A DNA stretch of 64,000 nt from contig JAZGAD010000028.1 of assembly GCA_036444275.1 (NCBI GenBank), positions 1 through 64,000 of the forward strand. Direction: 5' to 3'. Shown here piece by piece: positions 37,227 to 47,976 of this stretch. The stretch comes from Candidatus Hydrothermarchaeales archaeon (GTDB lineage: Archaea; Hydrothermarchaeota; Hydrothermarchaeia; Hydrothermarchaeales; JAZGAD01). A program made the translations under genes and the position numbers. The stretch's first letter is position 1; each line of letters opens with the position of its first letter. The notes under the pieces were generated by a model, which was given only the letters and a program-made list of their open reading frames with translations, was not told where the DNA came from and searched no databases.

Positions 37227-40200
37227 TATTCTGGCCCTCCAAAATCCTCAAGTCTTAACTCATGGACATGACCCTTATGGTATTCTTCCAAAGAGCGAAT
37301 GCTGACATCACCCCTGGCTACGCTTTCCATAGCCTTAAGCGCTGCTTCAGCCCCAGTGACCGTGGTTATATAAGGTATGTTGAGGTCCACGGCATATCTT
37401 CTGATGTAGAACCCATCGGTATATGGGATCTTCCCTCCTGTTGGGGTATTTATAATCAGGTCTACTTCACGCCGCATCATGGCATCGAGGATGTTAGGGG
37501 ATCCCTCGCTTATCTTCTTCACCAGCTCGGCATTTATGCCCTTCTTATTCAGGGCCTCAATCGTCCCTTCGGTGGCGAGTATCTTGAATCCCAATTCATA
37601 TAATCCTTTTGCTATACTGGAAATCGCCTCGGCATCCTTTTTCTTAACACTTAAAAAGATCGCCCCCTTGCTGGGGAGGATGTTCCCTGCTGCGAGTTCT
37701 GCCTTGAAATAAGCCTTTCCAAAGTCGAAATCTATCCCTATAACTTCACCAGTGCTCTTCATCTCTGGACTCAACACGGGGTCTACACCGGGGAGCTTGG
37801 CAAAGGGAAACACTGCCTCTTTCACCGCTACATGGTGAATCTTGCGCTCGCCCACATAGCCCATCTCCTTCAGGTGTTTTCCCAGCATGACCTTAGCCGC
37901 TACCTTGGCCAGGGGCACACCTATGCATTTGCTCACATACGGCACGGTCCTGCTTGCACGGGGATTCGCCTCCAACACGTAGACCTTACCCTCTTTTACT
38001 GCGTACTGTATATTCAAAAGCCCGACAACATTGAGTTCCTTCGCGAGTGCTATAGTGTATTCCTTGATCTTTCCAACTGCACTTTTATCCAGCGTCTGGG
38101 GCGGTAAGACGCATGCCGAGTCTCCGGAGTGGATGCCAGCATGCTCTATGTGCTCCATAATTCCGCCTATGAAGACGTCCTTTCCATCACTTACCGCGTC
38201 GACATCCACTTCCACAGCTTCCTGTAGGAATTTGTCTACTAGCACGGGGTGTTCCTCGCTCACCTCGATGGCTTCCTCCATGAACTCCTCCAGCTGGGCA
38301 TCATCATAGACTATTTCCATTCCCCTTCCACCCAGAACATAAGAGGGCCTTACCAAGACGGGATATCCCACCCGCTTCGCTATCTCCTTAGCCTCTTCCA
38401 GCGAGTAGCCTGTTCCATAGTCTGCTTGGGGTATACCCAGCTTATTCAGTACCTGGGTGAACTTCTCTCTGTCTTCTGCACGGTCTATATCCCTAGGAGA
38501 GGTACCCAGTATGTTCACACCAGCTCTAGAGAGGGGTACAGCAAGATTCAAGGGTGTTTGACCCCCGAACTGGACTATAACGCCGTCCACTTTCTCCTTT
38601 TCCACGACATTCATTACATCCTCAAAAGTAAGGGGCTCGAAGTAGAGCTTATCCGAGGTATCGTAGTCCGTAGATACCGTCTCTGGATTATTGTTTATTA
38701 TTATCGCCTCTATCCCCTCTTCACGCAACGCTAGTACACCGTGGACACAGCAATAGTCGAACTCTATACCCTGAGCGATCCTAATTGGACCCCCTCCAAG
38801 GAGCAATACTTTCTTCCTCTTGCTTACTTCCACTTCTACCTCGTCGACGCTCTCGTAAGTGGAGTAATAGTATGGAGTCTTGGCCTCAAATTCAGCGGCA
38901 CATGTATCCACCATCTTGTAGGCTGGCCTCGACTTCTTCCTCACCTCTGTTTCGGGCATGCCTAGGAGGTTTGCAAGCTGCCTGTCAGAAAAACCCAGCC
39001 TCTTCGCCTCTTCAATGCTGGCTGATCCATTTTTTAACTCTTTCTCCATACCTAGGATATTTCTAATCTTATGCAGGAAAAACGAATTAATCCCTGTGAG
39101 CTTATTGATTTCTTTGATAGTGATACCTACTTTGAGGGCGTCGTAGATATAGAAGATTCTCTTATCGCTCGGTACCTCCAGGTTTCTCTTTATTTCCTCT
39201 AGATCAATCGCCTCTTTCCTTCCATCAGCACAGAGGCCGAAGCGCTTGATATCCAGAGATCGGATAGCCTTCTGCAGGGACTCCTCAAAGGTCCTGCCTA
39301 TCGCCATTACCTCGCCGGTGCTCTTCATCTGCGTGCCAAGCGTGGTGTCTGCTCCCTTAAACTTGTCAAAGGGCCATCTTGGTATCTTTGTCACAATATA
39401 GTCTAATGCCGGTTCGAAGCTCGCTGGCGTTTCCTTGGTTACGTCGTTGGGTATCTCGTCTAGGGTCATGCTGACTGCTATCTTGGCTGCTATCTTGGCT
39501 ATTGGGTAGCCCGTTGCCTTTGACGCTAGGGCAGAGCTCCTCGAGACTCGTGGATTAACCTCTATCACGTGGTATTCCCATGACTCTGGATTGACCGCGA
39601 ACTGGATATTGCAACCTCCCTCTATCCCTAATGCCCTTATGATCTTCAGGGCGGCGCTCCTCAGCTTTTGATGGTCTTCATCGCTTAGGGTCTGGGCTGG
39701 CGCAACAACTATACTCTCTCCAGTGTGTATGCCCATTGCGTCTAGGTTCTCCATGTTGCACACAGTTATGCAGTTGTCCACAGAGTCCCTCATTACTTCA
39801 TACTCATACTCGTACCAGCCCACGAGGGATTTCTCTATAAGCACTTGATGGACCATGCTTGCTTCCAAGCCCCTCTTAACCACTTGTTCTAGTTCGTTTT
39901 CGTCTTTCGCCGTTCCCCCACCAGTCCCACCTAGGGTGTAGGCAGGACGGATTATGACTGGATAGCCTATGCTCTTCGCAGTTTGCTTCGCTTCCTCAAT
40001 GGATGTAACAGCAGCACTTTCAGGGATAGGTTCTCCTATATCCTTCATGAGCTTGGCAAATAGCTCCCTATCCTCTGCGGTTTTTATCGTATCTACCGAT
40101 GTGCCCAATACTTCTATTCCTTCCTCTGCTAGAGCGCCCATATCAGCTAGCTGCGCCACTAGGTTCAAGCCTGTCTGGCCGCCCATCGTTGGTAGAAGGC

Positions 40201-40453
40201 CGTCTGGCTTCTCCTTCTTTATTATCTTAGCCACTATCTCAGGGGTCAGAGGTTCAAGGTATATTATATCAGCTATTTCACTGTCGGTCTGGATGGTGGC
40301 AGGGTTGGAATTAACTAGGACTACTTTGTAGCCTTCTTCACGGAGTGACTTGCATGCTTGCGATCCAGAGTAGTCGAACTCTGCTGCTTGCCCGATAATT
40401 ATAGGCCCTGAGCCTATCACCATGATCTTTTTGATATCACTGCGTTTTGGCAT
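37226..40453 (-). CDS. carB: Carbamoyl-phosphate synthase large subunit
   Basis: [17 protein letters not shown], duplicated ATP-grasp, [11 protein letters not shown] domain. Confidence 0.98.
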   Translation of the reverse strand: MPKRSDIKKIMVIGSGPIIIGQAAEFDYSGSQACKSLREEGYKVVLVNSNPATIQTDSEIADIIYLEPLTPEIVAKIIKKEKPDGLLPTMGGQTGLNLVAQLADMGALAEEGIEVLGTSVDTIKTAEDRELFAKLMKDIGEPIPESAAVTSIEEAKQTAKSIGYPVIIRPAYTLGGTGGGTAKDENELEQVVKRGLEASMVHQVLIEKSLVGWYEYEYEVMRDSVDNCITVCNMENLDAMGIHTGESIVVAPAQTLSDEDHQKLRSAALKIIRALGIEGGCNIQFAVNPESWEYHVIEVNPRVSRSSALASKATGYPIAKIAAKIAVSMTLDEIPNDVTKETPASFEPALDYIVTKIPRWPFDKFKGADTTLGTQMKSTGEVMAIGRTFEESLQKAIRSLDIKRFGLCADGRKEAIDLEEIKRNLEVPSDKRIFYIYDALKVGITIKEINKLTGINSFFLHKIRNILGMEKELKNGSASIEEAKRLGFSDRQLANLLGMPETEVRKKSRPAYKMVDTCAAEFEAKTPYYYSTYESVDEVEVEVSKRKKVLLLGGGPIRIAQGIEFDYCCVHGVLALREEGIEAIIINNNPETVSTDYDTSDKLYFEPLTFEDVMNVVEKEKVDGVIVQFGGQTPLNLAVPLSRAGVNILGTSPRDIDRAEDREKFTQVLNKLGIPQADYGTGYSLEEAKEIAKRVGYPVLVRPSYVLGGRGMEIVYDDAQLEEFMEEAIEVSEEHPVLVDKFLQEAVEVDVDAVSDGKDVFIGGIMEHIEHAGIHSGDSACVLPPQTLDKSAVGKIKEYTIALAKELNVVGLLNIQYAVKEGKVYVLEANPRASRTVPYVSKCIGVPLAKVAAKVMLGKHLKEMGYVGERKIHHVAVKEAVFPFAKLPGVDPVLSPEMKSTGEVIGIDFDFGKAYFKAELAAGNILPSKGAIFLSVKKKDAEAISSIAKGLYELGFKILATEGTIEALNKKGINAELVKKISEGSPNILDAMMRREVDLIINTPTGGKIPYTDGFYIRRYAVDLNIPYITTVTGAEAALKAMESVARGDVSIRSLEEYHKGHVHELRLEDFGGPE

Positions 40454-40454
40454 C

Positions 40455-41534
40455 TCAAATCATCCCCAAAAATTCATCGAAGAGGTATTCATTGTCTTTT
40501 GGACCTGGATTAGCCTCTGGGTGGTACTGCACCGAGAATATGGGAAGCTCCCCGTGCTGCATTCCCTCTACAGTGTTGTCGTTTAGATTTATCTTGGCGA
40601 CTTTGAAGCCTGTGCCTTCCAATGAGTCTGCATCTACTGCGAAGCCGTGATTCTGCGACGTTATATATACCCTTCCGGTGTCGAGGTCCTTCACTGGCTG
40701 GTTGCTCCCACGGTGCCCGAATTTCAACTTATATGTCTTTGCTCCTACGGCTAGGGCGAGCAACTGCTGTCCAAAGCATATGCCGAAAAGGGGCTTCTCT
40801 TCCAACAGCTTCTTCAGAACCTCGATTGCATATGGTGCTTGCACCGGGTCTCCAGGTCCGTTGGAGACTAATATGCCATCTGGCTCGGCCTCCAATATCT
40901 CTTTAGACGTAGCGAACGCGGGGAATACCGTGACGTCGCATCCCCTCTGCAGCAGGTTTCTAAGTATGCTGAGCTTCATGCCACAGTCCAATAACGCTAC
41001 CTTCTTTCCTTCGCCTGCATACCTCTTTATCTCTTTAGAGGTAACCTTGCTCACTAGGTCTAGCTCTGAGATGTCCTTCTGCTTTCTTGCCTTTTCCAAT
41101 AGTTCCTTTCCGTCTATCTCTGCCGTAGAAGTCTTCAGGGCAGCTTTCATCGTGCCATATTTCCTGATATTGATGGTGAGAGCGCGAGTATCAATGCCGG
41201 CTATGCCTGGTATATCTTGCTCCAGCAGGAACTCGTGTATGGTTTTTTCAGAACTCCTATGACTTGGGATTTCGCATGCTTCTCTCACCACAAAGCCCTC
41301 TGCCTTTATGCCGTCGCTCTCGAAGTCTTCAGCATTAATTCCGTAATTCCCTATCAGGGGATAGGTCAGCATGAGTATCTGACCCTTGTAGCTCGGGTCG
41401 GTTAATGCCTCTTGATAGCCGCACATGCTAGTATTAAAGACCACTTCTCCGAAGACCTCTCGCTCAGCACCGAAGCCTTCGCCTTCTACTATCGTACCGT
41501 CTTCCAAGACCAGAGTAGCCTGTAGACCTTTCAT
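40455..41534 (-). CDS. carA: Carbamoyl-phosphate synthase small subunit
   Basis: LTDPSY, SNGPGDP, GICFG, QYHPEA. Confidence 0.98.
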   Translation of the reverse strand: MKGLQATLVLEDGTIVEGEGFGAEREVFGEVVFNTSMCGYQEALTDPSYKGQILMLTYPLIGNYGINAEDFESDGIKAEGFVVREACEIPSHRSSEKTIHEFLLEQDIPGIAGIDTRALTINIRKYGTMKAALKTSTAEIDGKELLEKARKQKDISELDLVSKVTSKEIKRYAGEGKKVALLDCGMKLSILRNLLQRGCDVTVFPAFATSKEILEAEPDGILVSNGPGDPVQAPYAIEVLKKLLEEKPLFGICFGQQLLALAVGAKTYKLKFGHRGSNQPVKDLDTGRVYITSQNHGFAVDADSLEGTGFKVAKINLNDNTVEGMQHGELPIFSVQYHPEANPGPKDNEYLFDEFLGMI

Positions 41535-41583
41535 TAGCTCACCAAAAGCCTTATATATGATTCAACTACTTAAGATTTGTTAC

Positions 41584-41600
41584 ATATTTGACTCAAATAT
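41584..41600. promoter_or_regulatory. Perfect 8-1-8 palindrome, candidate operator
   Basis: ATATTTGA-C-TCAAATAT between divergent carA and ACT gene; extra half-site ATATTTGA at 41613-41620. Confidence 0.5.
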
Positions 41601-41624
41601 ATAAGCTTTGAAATATTTGATAAA

Positions 41625-42275
41625 ATGAGTGTTACGATTTCCGAGGCTACACACAAGGCCTTGTCAGGATACCCTTACCTAAAAGAGTACTTGGCACTGG
41701 GGATAGTAAATAACAGAGCTTTAGCTAGAAGCCTCCTTGACGAGGTGAAGAAGGATTTGGGTGGAGATGTGAATTTGCAGAGCGTGGTCACTGCTGTACG
41801 TAGGTTCCCGGTATCTAAAGCTAGATCCGGGAAAGATAGGATATCTAGCATCTTGTCCAAGAGCGAGGTGAACCTAAAGTACGACGTCGGTGTCTTGACT
41901 ATGGGACTTGACTCCGAGGTTCTCGAGAGGATGGAGGAACTTCAAGCAACAGTGAGGAATCCACATATGCTTCTACAGGGCATTGAAACCCTCACCATAG
42001 TAGTGGAGGAAAAACAGCTTGAAGGACTAAGAGAAATCTTCGGGAAAAAGGTATTAGACCTCAAGAAGGATTTGGCCTTTATCGTGGTCAAGAGCCCGAG
42101 GGATATTGTAGAGACCCATGGCGTGATTGCATACCTCGGTAATATTCTAGCCCTAGAGGGTATTAATGTTGTGGAGATGATGTCCAGCCACACAGAGACC
42201 TGCTTTATCGTCGACGAAGGAGATGCACTTAAAACAGTTGAGGCTATACGGAGGGAGATAAAGAGGGCTAGATAA
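41625..42275 (+). CDS. ACT-domain protein with N-terminal helical domain, putative amino-acid-responsive regulator
   Basis: GIVNNRALAR...AVRR N-terminus; C-terminal ACT-like GVIAYL...GINVVEMMSS.TE. Confidence 0.75.
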   Translation: MSVTISEATHKALSGYPYLKEYLALGIVNNRALARSLLDEVKKDLGGDVNLQSVVTAVRRFPVSKARSGKDRISSILSKSEVNLKYDVGVLTMGLDSEVLERMEELQATVRNPHMLLQGIETLTIVVEEKQLEGLREIFGKKVLDLKKDLAFIVVKSPRDIVETHGVIAYLGNILALEGINVVEMMSSHTETCFIVDEGDALKTVEAIRREIKRAR

Positions 42276-42449
42276 TACCGGAAACAGGCACCTAAAGAAT
42301 CACGTGGGAAAAAGGTGACAGAACTACTAATGGCAATCAAGCCTCTGCCGACCCACCAAGTGTATAATGGTTTGCACGATAAGCGTGTAAATAATTTATA
42401 TCGCCTATTACTTATTACTCTAAACGTAACATCAGCGTAGCACAAGCAC

Positions 42450-42466
42450 AGAAATTCTTATATACT
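42450..42466 (+). promoter_or_regulatory. BRE/TATA promoter of the ribosomal protein superoperon
   Basis: AGAAATTCTTATATACT about 90 nt upstream of the rpl3 start. Confidence 0.55.
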
Positions 42467-42554
42467 CCTACCTTGGAGTTAAAGTCCACTCCAGTTAGGA
42501 TACAAACAACAAAAATTTTGCGCTGGTAAATAAAATAAGTTAGTGGTGTAAAGA

Positions 42555-43529
42555 TTGGGAAGGCGTCCGCATCATCCTAGGAGAGGCTCCTTGGGCTACA
42601 GCCCGAGGAAGAGAGCTGCATCACCTGTAGCTAGAATCAAATCTTGGGTGAAAGACGACAGGGTGCGGATGCAGGGCTTCGCTGGGTATAAGGCTGGTAT
42701 GACGCACGTTGTGCTGGATGAAGGCACAGAGAAGACCACATCTGCTACAATCATAGAGACGCCTCCAATAAAAGTCTGTGGGATTAGGGCCTACGGCAAA
42801 GACACTTCTGGATTGAAGGTGATCTCTGAGGTATGGGCGGGGGATGTAGATAAAGAATTGATGAGAGTTTTTCCCGTGCCAAAGAAGTTCAAAGGCAACA
42901 TAGAGGATTTAGAGAAAGTCCTATCGGATGCAGAGGAGCTTAGGCTCATAGTCCATACTCAGCCCAAATCAACAGGCATGCCAAAGAAGAAGCCATCGCT
43001 TATGGAATACTGCATCAGTGGGGGCATAGAAGAGGGCTATGAATACGCCAAAGGAGTCTTTGGAAAGGAATTAAGGATCTCTGATATCTTCGAAGAAGGG
43101 GAATTCGTGGATGCGGCAAGCATAACCAAGGGCAAGGGTTTCCAAGGCCCGATGAAGAGGTGGGGCGTGAAACACCTGCCTAGAAAAACCCGAAAGGGGC
43201 ACAGGACAGCCGGTACCTTGGGCCCATGGCACCCAGCTGCGATGATGTGGCGGGTTCCCCAGGGCGGGCAGATGGGCTATCATCAGAGGACAGAGCTGAA
43301 TAAGAGAATCTTGAAAATAGGGGAAAAGAGCGAGGAGGTCACGCCGAAGGGTGGTTTTCTAGGCTACGGCACCATAAGGGGGGACTATGTTGTAATGAAG
43401 GGCTCGATACCTGGACCTAGGAAAAGGCTGATTAGGCTGAGGCCGGCTACGAGACCACCGAAGAAGGTGGAAGGTATGCCAATAGTGGCCTATATAAGCA
43501 CGGAGTCCAAGCAAGGAGCGAGACGGTGA
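42555..43529 (+). CDS. rpl3: 50S ribosomal protein L3
   Basis: PRRGSLGYSPRKRA, GYKAGMTH, KGKGFQG; TTG start. Confidence 0.97.
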   Translation: MGRRPHHPRRGSLGYSPRKRAASPVARIKSWVKDDRVRMQGFAGYKAGMTHVVLDEGTEKTTSATIIETPPIKVCGIRAYGKDTSGLKVISEVWAGDVDKELMRVFPVPKKFKGNIEDLEKVLSDAEELRLIVHTQPKSTGMPKKKPSLMEYCISGGIEEGYEYAKGVFGKELRISDIFEEGEFVDAASITKGKGFQGPMKRWGVKHLPRKTRKGHRTAGTLGPWHPAAMMWRVPQGGQMGYHQRTELNKRILKIGEKSEEVTPKGGFLGYGTIRGDYVVMKGSIPGPRKRLIRLRPATRPPKKVEGMPIVAYISTESKQGARR

Positions 43530-44350
43530 CGAAGCTTAAAGTTTATTCCCTGAAGGGCAAAGCAAAGGCCAAGGAAACGGTAGATCTCCCAGAGGTATTC
43601 AACGAGAAAGTGAGATTGGATCTCATTAAGAGGGCTGTTCTGGCTTCTCAGTCAGCGCGATATCAACCGCAAGGTGTTAACTGGTACGCTGGAAAGCGAA
43701 CGTCCGCAAAGTCCTGGGGTCCCGGCTCCGGGCACGCGAGGGTTCCCAGGGTTAAAGGTACAAGGCATCCTGCAGGGGGTAGAGGTGCTATCGCACCCAT
43801 GGCTGTTGGAGGTAGAAGTGCCCATCCGCCGGTGCCCTTCAAGAAAATTATCAAAAAAATAAACAAAAAAGAGAGAAAGATGGCATTAGCCTCGGCTATA
43901 GCTGCAACTGCATTAACGGAACTCATAGAGAGGAGGGGCCACGTTGTGGACAAACTGCCGCAACTACCCCTTGTTGTAACTGACGAACTTGAGGAATTAG
44001 AAACAGCTGCGGAGACTAGGGATGCCTTTATAAAATTGGGCCTCTGGGGCGATTTGGATAGAGCTAAGAATAGGAAGATAAGGGCCGGGAAGGGCACGAT
44101 GAGGGGCAGAAAGTATAAGCAGAGGAAAAGCGTTCTAATAGTCGTAGCTAATGACAGAGGCATCTCCCACGGCGCATGTAATCATCCAGGCGTCGATGTA
44201 GTTACAGTAGACAGTTTGGGTGTTGAGGATCTTGCGCCAGGCACTCATCCGGGGCGCTTGACCATATATACGAAGTCCGCCTTACAGAGGCTGGATGAGA
44301 GGTATATTCATTCATCAACCATAAGGGAAAAGAAAACTAAGAGCAAGTAG
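43526..44350 (+). CDS. rpl4: 50S ribosomal protein L4
   Basis: ARVPR, RAGKGTMRGR, LAPGTHPGRLT. Confidence 0.97.
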   Translation: MTKLKVYSLKGKAKAKETVDLPEVFNEKVRLDLIKRAVLASQSARYQPQGVNWYAGKRTSAKSWGPGSGHARVPRVKGTRHPAGGRGAIAPMAVGGRSAHPPVPFKKIIKKINKKERKMALASAIAATALTELIERRGHVVDKLPQLPLVVTDELEELETAAETRDAFIKLGLWGDLDRAKNRKIRAGKGTMRGRKYKQRKSVLIVVANDRGISHGACNHPGVDVVTVDSLGVEDLAPGTHPGRLTIYTKSALQRLDERYIHSSTIREKKTKSK

Positions 44351-44363
44351 AGAGGCAGATAAA

Positions 44364-44624
44364 ATGGAACCCATGGAAGTCATAATGCATCCGGAGGTCA
44401 CTGAGAAGGCCATGAAGTTGGTGGAAATTGAGAATAAATTGATCTTCGTGGTAAACCTAAGGTCTACAAAGAGGGATATACAGGAGGCTGTGGAAAAATT
44501 ATATGAGGTTAAGGTCGCTGATGTTAATACGCTAGTAACACCCAAAGGCCTCAAGAGGGCCTACGTGAAGTTAACTCCAGAGTTTAAGGCCGACGAGGTA
44601 GCCGTCAAGATGGGTATATTCTGA
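44364..44624 (+). CDS. rpl23: 50S ribosomal protein L23
   Basis: PEVTEKA, VNTLVTPKG.KRAYVKL. Confidence 0.96.
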   Translation: MEPMEVIMHPEVTEKAMKLVEIENKLIFVVNLRSTKRDIQEAVEKLYEVKVADVNTLVTPKGLKRAYVKLTPEFKADEVAVKMGIF

Positions 44625-44638
44625 TTAGAGGTAGCGAA

Positions 44639-45358
44639 ATGGGAAAACGCATAACAGCTCAAAGACGAGGAAAAGGAACCAGTGTTTATAAGGCTCCATC
44701 CCACAGGTATCTGGATAGAGTAAAGCATCGCCGGTACGATGAAGAGGAAAAAGCGGGAGCAGTAAAGGGGAGAATAGTAGACATCCGTCATGACCCAGCC
44801 AGAAGTGCACCCGTTATGGAAGTTCAATTTGAGACCGGTGAGAAGAGATTCGTCCTTGGTTTGGAAGGTGCAAAGGTAGGAGACGAGATAGCATATGGCA
44901 CCTCAGCAGAGGTTATCCAAGGGAACACCTTACCTCTAAGGTCCATACCAGAGGGCACCCCTATTCATAACGTGGAAAATAGGCCTGGAGACGGTGGAAG
45001 ATTTATCAGGGCTTCAGGTACCTACGGCGTCCTCATAAGCCGGGAGGACCGGAAGACTGTAGTCAAGTTGCCTTCAGGAGGACTGAAATCCCTTGATTCC
45101 AGATGTAGAGCAACTATAGGTATCGTCGCTGGTGGAGGCAGGAGAGATAAACCCTTCCTAAAGGCAGGAAAGATGTGGCATGTCCTTAAACCGACGGCTA
45201 AGTACTGGCCCATAGTCAGGAAGGTCGCAATGAACCCAGTGAGTCACCCCCATGGAGGCGCCTCTGGATCACCTGGAAAACCCACCTCTGTAGCCAGGGG
45301 TACACCCCCAGGTAGGAAAGTCGGTATGATTGCTCCTAGGCGAACAGGGAGGAAGTAG
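44639..45358 (+). CDS. rpl2: 50S ribosomal protein L2
   Basis: MGKRITAQRRG, HDPAR, MNPVSHPHGG. Confidence 0.97.
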   Translation: MGKRITAQRRGKGTSVYKAPSHRYLDRVKHRRYDEEEKAGAVKGRIVDIRHDPARSAPVMEVQFETGEKRFVLGLEGAKVGDEIAYGTSAEVIQGNTLPLRSIPEGTPIHNVENRPGDGGRFIRASGTYGVLISREDRKTVVKLPSGGLKSLDSRCRATIGIVAGGGRRDKPFLKAGKMWHVLKPTAKYWPIVRKVAMNPVSHPHGGASGSPGKPTSVARGTPPGRKVGMIAPRRTGRK

Positions 45359-45379
45359 TTACAATTACAAGTGATTGGC

Positions 45380-45772
45380 ATGGTACGAAAATTCAGTTTC
45401 AAGGGCAAGAGCTTGGAGGAACTCCAAAAGATGCGGATAGATGAAGTTGTAGAGCTCCTGCCATCTAGACAAAGAAGATCCCTGAAGAGAGGCATGACTC
45501 CAAGCCAAAAGAAGTTTCTTCAGAGAGTGAAGAGGGCAAGCAAAGGCGAAAAGATAAAGCTTCGCACCCACTGTAAGGATATAATAATCCTGCCAGAGAT
45601 GGTTGAACTAACCATGGAAGTCTACAATGGCAAGGACTGGTATAGCGTGACGATTAAGCCTGAGATGATTGGACATTACCTAGGCGAATTTGTACTTACA
45701 AGAAGGCGAGTTACTCATGGGATGCCTGGTATGGGTGCTACAAGATCAAGTTTATACATTCCTTTAAAGTAG
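45380..45772 (+). CDS. rps19: 30S ribosomal protein S19
   Basis: RTH, PEMIGHYLGEF, GATRSS; ATG 45380. Confidence 0.96.
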   Translation: MVRKFSFKGKSLEELQKMRIDEVVELLPSRQRRSLKRGMTPSQKKFLQRVKRASKGEKIKLRTHCKDIIILPEMVELTMEVYNGKDWYSVTIKPEMIGHYLGEFVLTRRRVTHGMPGMGATRSSLYIPLK

Positions 45773-45780
45773 GTGATTAT

Positions 45781-46242
45781 ATGGCGCGAGCAGGATATTC
45801 TATTGCATTAGAAGATGAGGAAAAGATCGCAAAGGCCCTTGGAATGGAACTCCGGATATCCCCCAAGTCGGCAGTAGAGATCTGCCGAGAACTGAGGGGA
45901 AAGGACTTATACAAGGCCAAGACTTTGCTAGAGGATGTTGCATCCTTAAAAAAGCCTGTGCCTTTAAGGAGATACAAAAAGGGAGTGGCTCATAGGAGGG
46001 GGCTGGACAAGGCGTATGCAGGGAGATATCCAATGAAAGCAGCTACTCATATCCTGAAGGTCCTAGAAGGTGCTGAAGCCAATGCAGAATACAAAGGCCT
46101 GGATCCAGAGAGCTTGTATATAAAGCATATATCTGCCCAGAGGGGAAGAATAATAAGAGGTTTTCGGCCGAGAGCGCATGGAAGGGCAACCCCCAATGAT
46201 GAGGTTACGACTAACCTTCAAGTGGTTCTAGAGGAAAGGTGA
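45781..46242 (+). CDS. rpl22: 50S ribosomal protein L22
   Basis: ISPK, GRYPMKA, PRAHGRA. Confidence 0.96.
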   Translation: MARAGYSIALEDEEKIAKALGMELRISPKSAVEICRELRGKDLYKAKTLLEDVASLKKPVPLRRYKKGVAHRRGLDKAYAGRYPMKAATHILKVLEGAEANAEYKGLDPESLYIKHISAQRGRIIRGFRPRAHGRATPNDEVTTNLQVVLEER

Positions 46243-46246
46243 TGGA

Positions 46247-47119
46247 GTGACAATAGAGCGGAAAATCATCACTGAGAACCTAAAAAAACTGGGGGTAAAG
46301 GAGTATCTTGAGAAAGAACTGGACCGTGCTGGATGTGGGGAAATAGATATTCAACGAACACCCCTTGGAACACGGGTGATGATACATGCCCAAAGACCTG
46401 GCTTGGTGATTGGGAGGAAGGGGAGTTCTATCAGGAGACTTACAGAGGTGCTCCAGAAAGAATTCGAATTAGATAATCCCCAACTAGAGGTCAATGAGCT
46501 TGAAGTACCTGAGTTGAACGCCAAGATCATGGCTGATAATATAGCATCTGCAATAGAGAGGGGCATCCATTTCAGGCGGGCTGCATATACTGCGCTGCGC
46601 AGGATAATGGAAGCAGGGGCAAGAGGGGCCGAGATACAGATCTCTGGCAAGCTCACTGGAGAACGATCTAAGTCAGTGAAATTCACAGATGGCTACCTAA
46701 AACACTGTGGAGAACCAGCAATTGTATACGTGAAGAAAGGGCTATCCGAGGCATCTCCAAAGCCAGGGGTAATAGGGGTCAAAGTGAAGCTAATGCCTCC
46801 AGGGGTAAAACTCCCGGACGACATAGAATTCATAAATGTAGAAGAGGAAGTAGAAGAGAAGAAGCTCAAGCCTACAGAATTAGATGCAGAAGAGGCCTCG
46901 GTACCTAAGAAGACAAAAGTAAAAAAGATTAAAAAGAGGAAGAAAAAGAAAAAGGAAGCACCCAAGAAAGCCGAGGAAGGAGTAAAGGCCCCAGAGGGCG
47001 CAGTAAAGAAGAAACTAAAAAAAGGAACTAGAAAGAGGAACAAAAGCAGCAGCGACAAAAAAGTGAAAAGAAAATCGAAGAAGAAAAAAGGTGTAGCAAG
47101 TGGCGATACTAAGAAGTGA
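46247..47119 (+). CDS. rps3: 30S ribosomal protein S3 with long Lys-rich tail
   Basis: RPGLVIGRKG KH motif, GARGAEI.ISGKL. Confidence 0.96.
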   Translation: MTIERKIITENLKKLGVKEYLEKELDRAGCGEIDIQRTPLGTRVMIHAQRPGLVIGRKGSSIRRLTEVLQKEFELDNPQLEVNELEVPELNAKIMADNIASAIERGIHFRRAAYTALRRIMEAGARGAEIQISGKLTGERSKSVKFTDGYLKHCGEPAIVYVKKGLSEASPKPGVIGVKVKLMPPGVKLPDDIEFINVEEEVEEKKLKPTELDAEEASVPKKTKVKKIKKRKKKKKEAPKKAEEGVKAPEGAVKKKLKKGTRKRNKSSSDKKVKRKSKKKKGVASGDTKK

Positions 47120-47348
47120 GGAGATTCGAGAACTGACTCAAGATGAGATGCAGGATAAGGTCTTTGAGTTGAGGAATGAGCTCTTAAGGGAGCGTTCCAA
47201 GGTTGCCTCTGGTGGAGTTCCAGAAAACCCTGGTAGAATAAAGGAGATAAAGCGGACCATAGCTAGGATCCTTACCATCGAAAATCTGAAAGACAAAGAG
47301 GTGGTAAAGCAAGAACAGAAGTCAGTAAAGGAGGAAAGGAGTAAATAA
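47100..47348 (+). CDS. rpl29: 50S ribosomal protein L29
   Basis: MAILR, ENPGRIKEIKRTIARILT. Confidence 0.95.
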   Translation: MAILRSEEIRELTQDEMQDKVFELRNELLRERSKVASGGVPENPGRIKEIKRTIARILTIENLKDKEVVKQEQKSVKEERSK

Positions 47349-47654
47349 ATGGCTGTTTGCGAAGTCTGCGGCTTGCCAAAAGAACTTTGCGTCTGTGAGG
47401 ACATAGCCAAAGAGGCCCAGAAGATAAAGGTATTCACCACAAAAAGAACCTTTGGAAAGCTTATGACCGTGGTGGAAGGGATAGATGATAGAGACATAGG
47501 CCTGAAGGACCTCGTTAAAACCCTGAAGACTGAGTGCGCTTGTGGCGGGACTCTCAAGGATAGACGCATTGAACTGCAAGGAGACCATAAGGAGAAAGTT
47601 CGGAAAATGCTCCTGCGGATTGGGTTTTCAGAGGACCGGATAGACGTAAGATAA
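47349..47654 (+). CDS. sui1: Translation initiation factor aIF1/SUI1
   Basis: [26 protein letters not shown]. Confidence 0.95.
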   Translation: MAVCEVCGLPKELCVCEDIAKEAQKIKVFTTKRTFGKLMTVVEGIDDRDIGLKDLVKTLKTECACGGTLKDRRIELQGDHKEKVRKMLLRIGFSEDRIDVR

Positions 47655-47659
47655 TCCTT

Positions 47660-47947
47660 ATGACAGAGATCAAGATCAAGCCGCGAGATTTAATAAGACA
47701 CGAGCTCATAGGACTGCAATGCAGGGTGCTGGACGCGACCGATCCCTCTATCGTAGGGTGCGAAGGTGAAGTCGTGGATGAAACCAGGAATATGCTTATA
47801 TTGAAGAACGACGTTAGAGAGAGGAAAATCCCAAAAAAGGACGCAACTTTTCTATTTGCCTTACCCGGGCGAAAGGTAAAGGTCAAAGGGAAGCTCCTCG
47901 TGGCACGGCCAGAGGACAGGATTAAGAAGCGTATTCTGCGATCCTAG
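47660..47947 (+). CDS. rnp1: RNase P protein component 1 (Rpp29)
   Basis: RHELIGL, G.VVDETRN, RPEDRIK; canonical position. Confidence 0.94.
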   Translation: MTEIKIKPRDLIRHELIGLQCRVLDATDPSIVGCEGEVVDETRNMLILKNDVRERKIPKKDATFLFALPGRKVKVKGKLLVARPEDRIKKRILRS

Positions 47948-47976
47948 AGATTAGATTAGACGAGGTGCAGAGATAG

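Noticed and set aside
42329-42439. 36-codon ORF (MAIKPLPTHQ...) upstream of rpl3
   Set aside because: Short, with no recognisable motif, and it runs through AT-rich promoter-like DNA.
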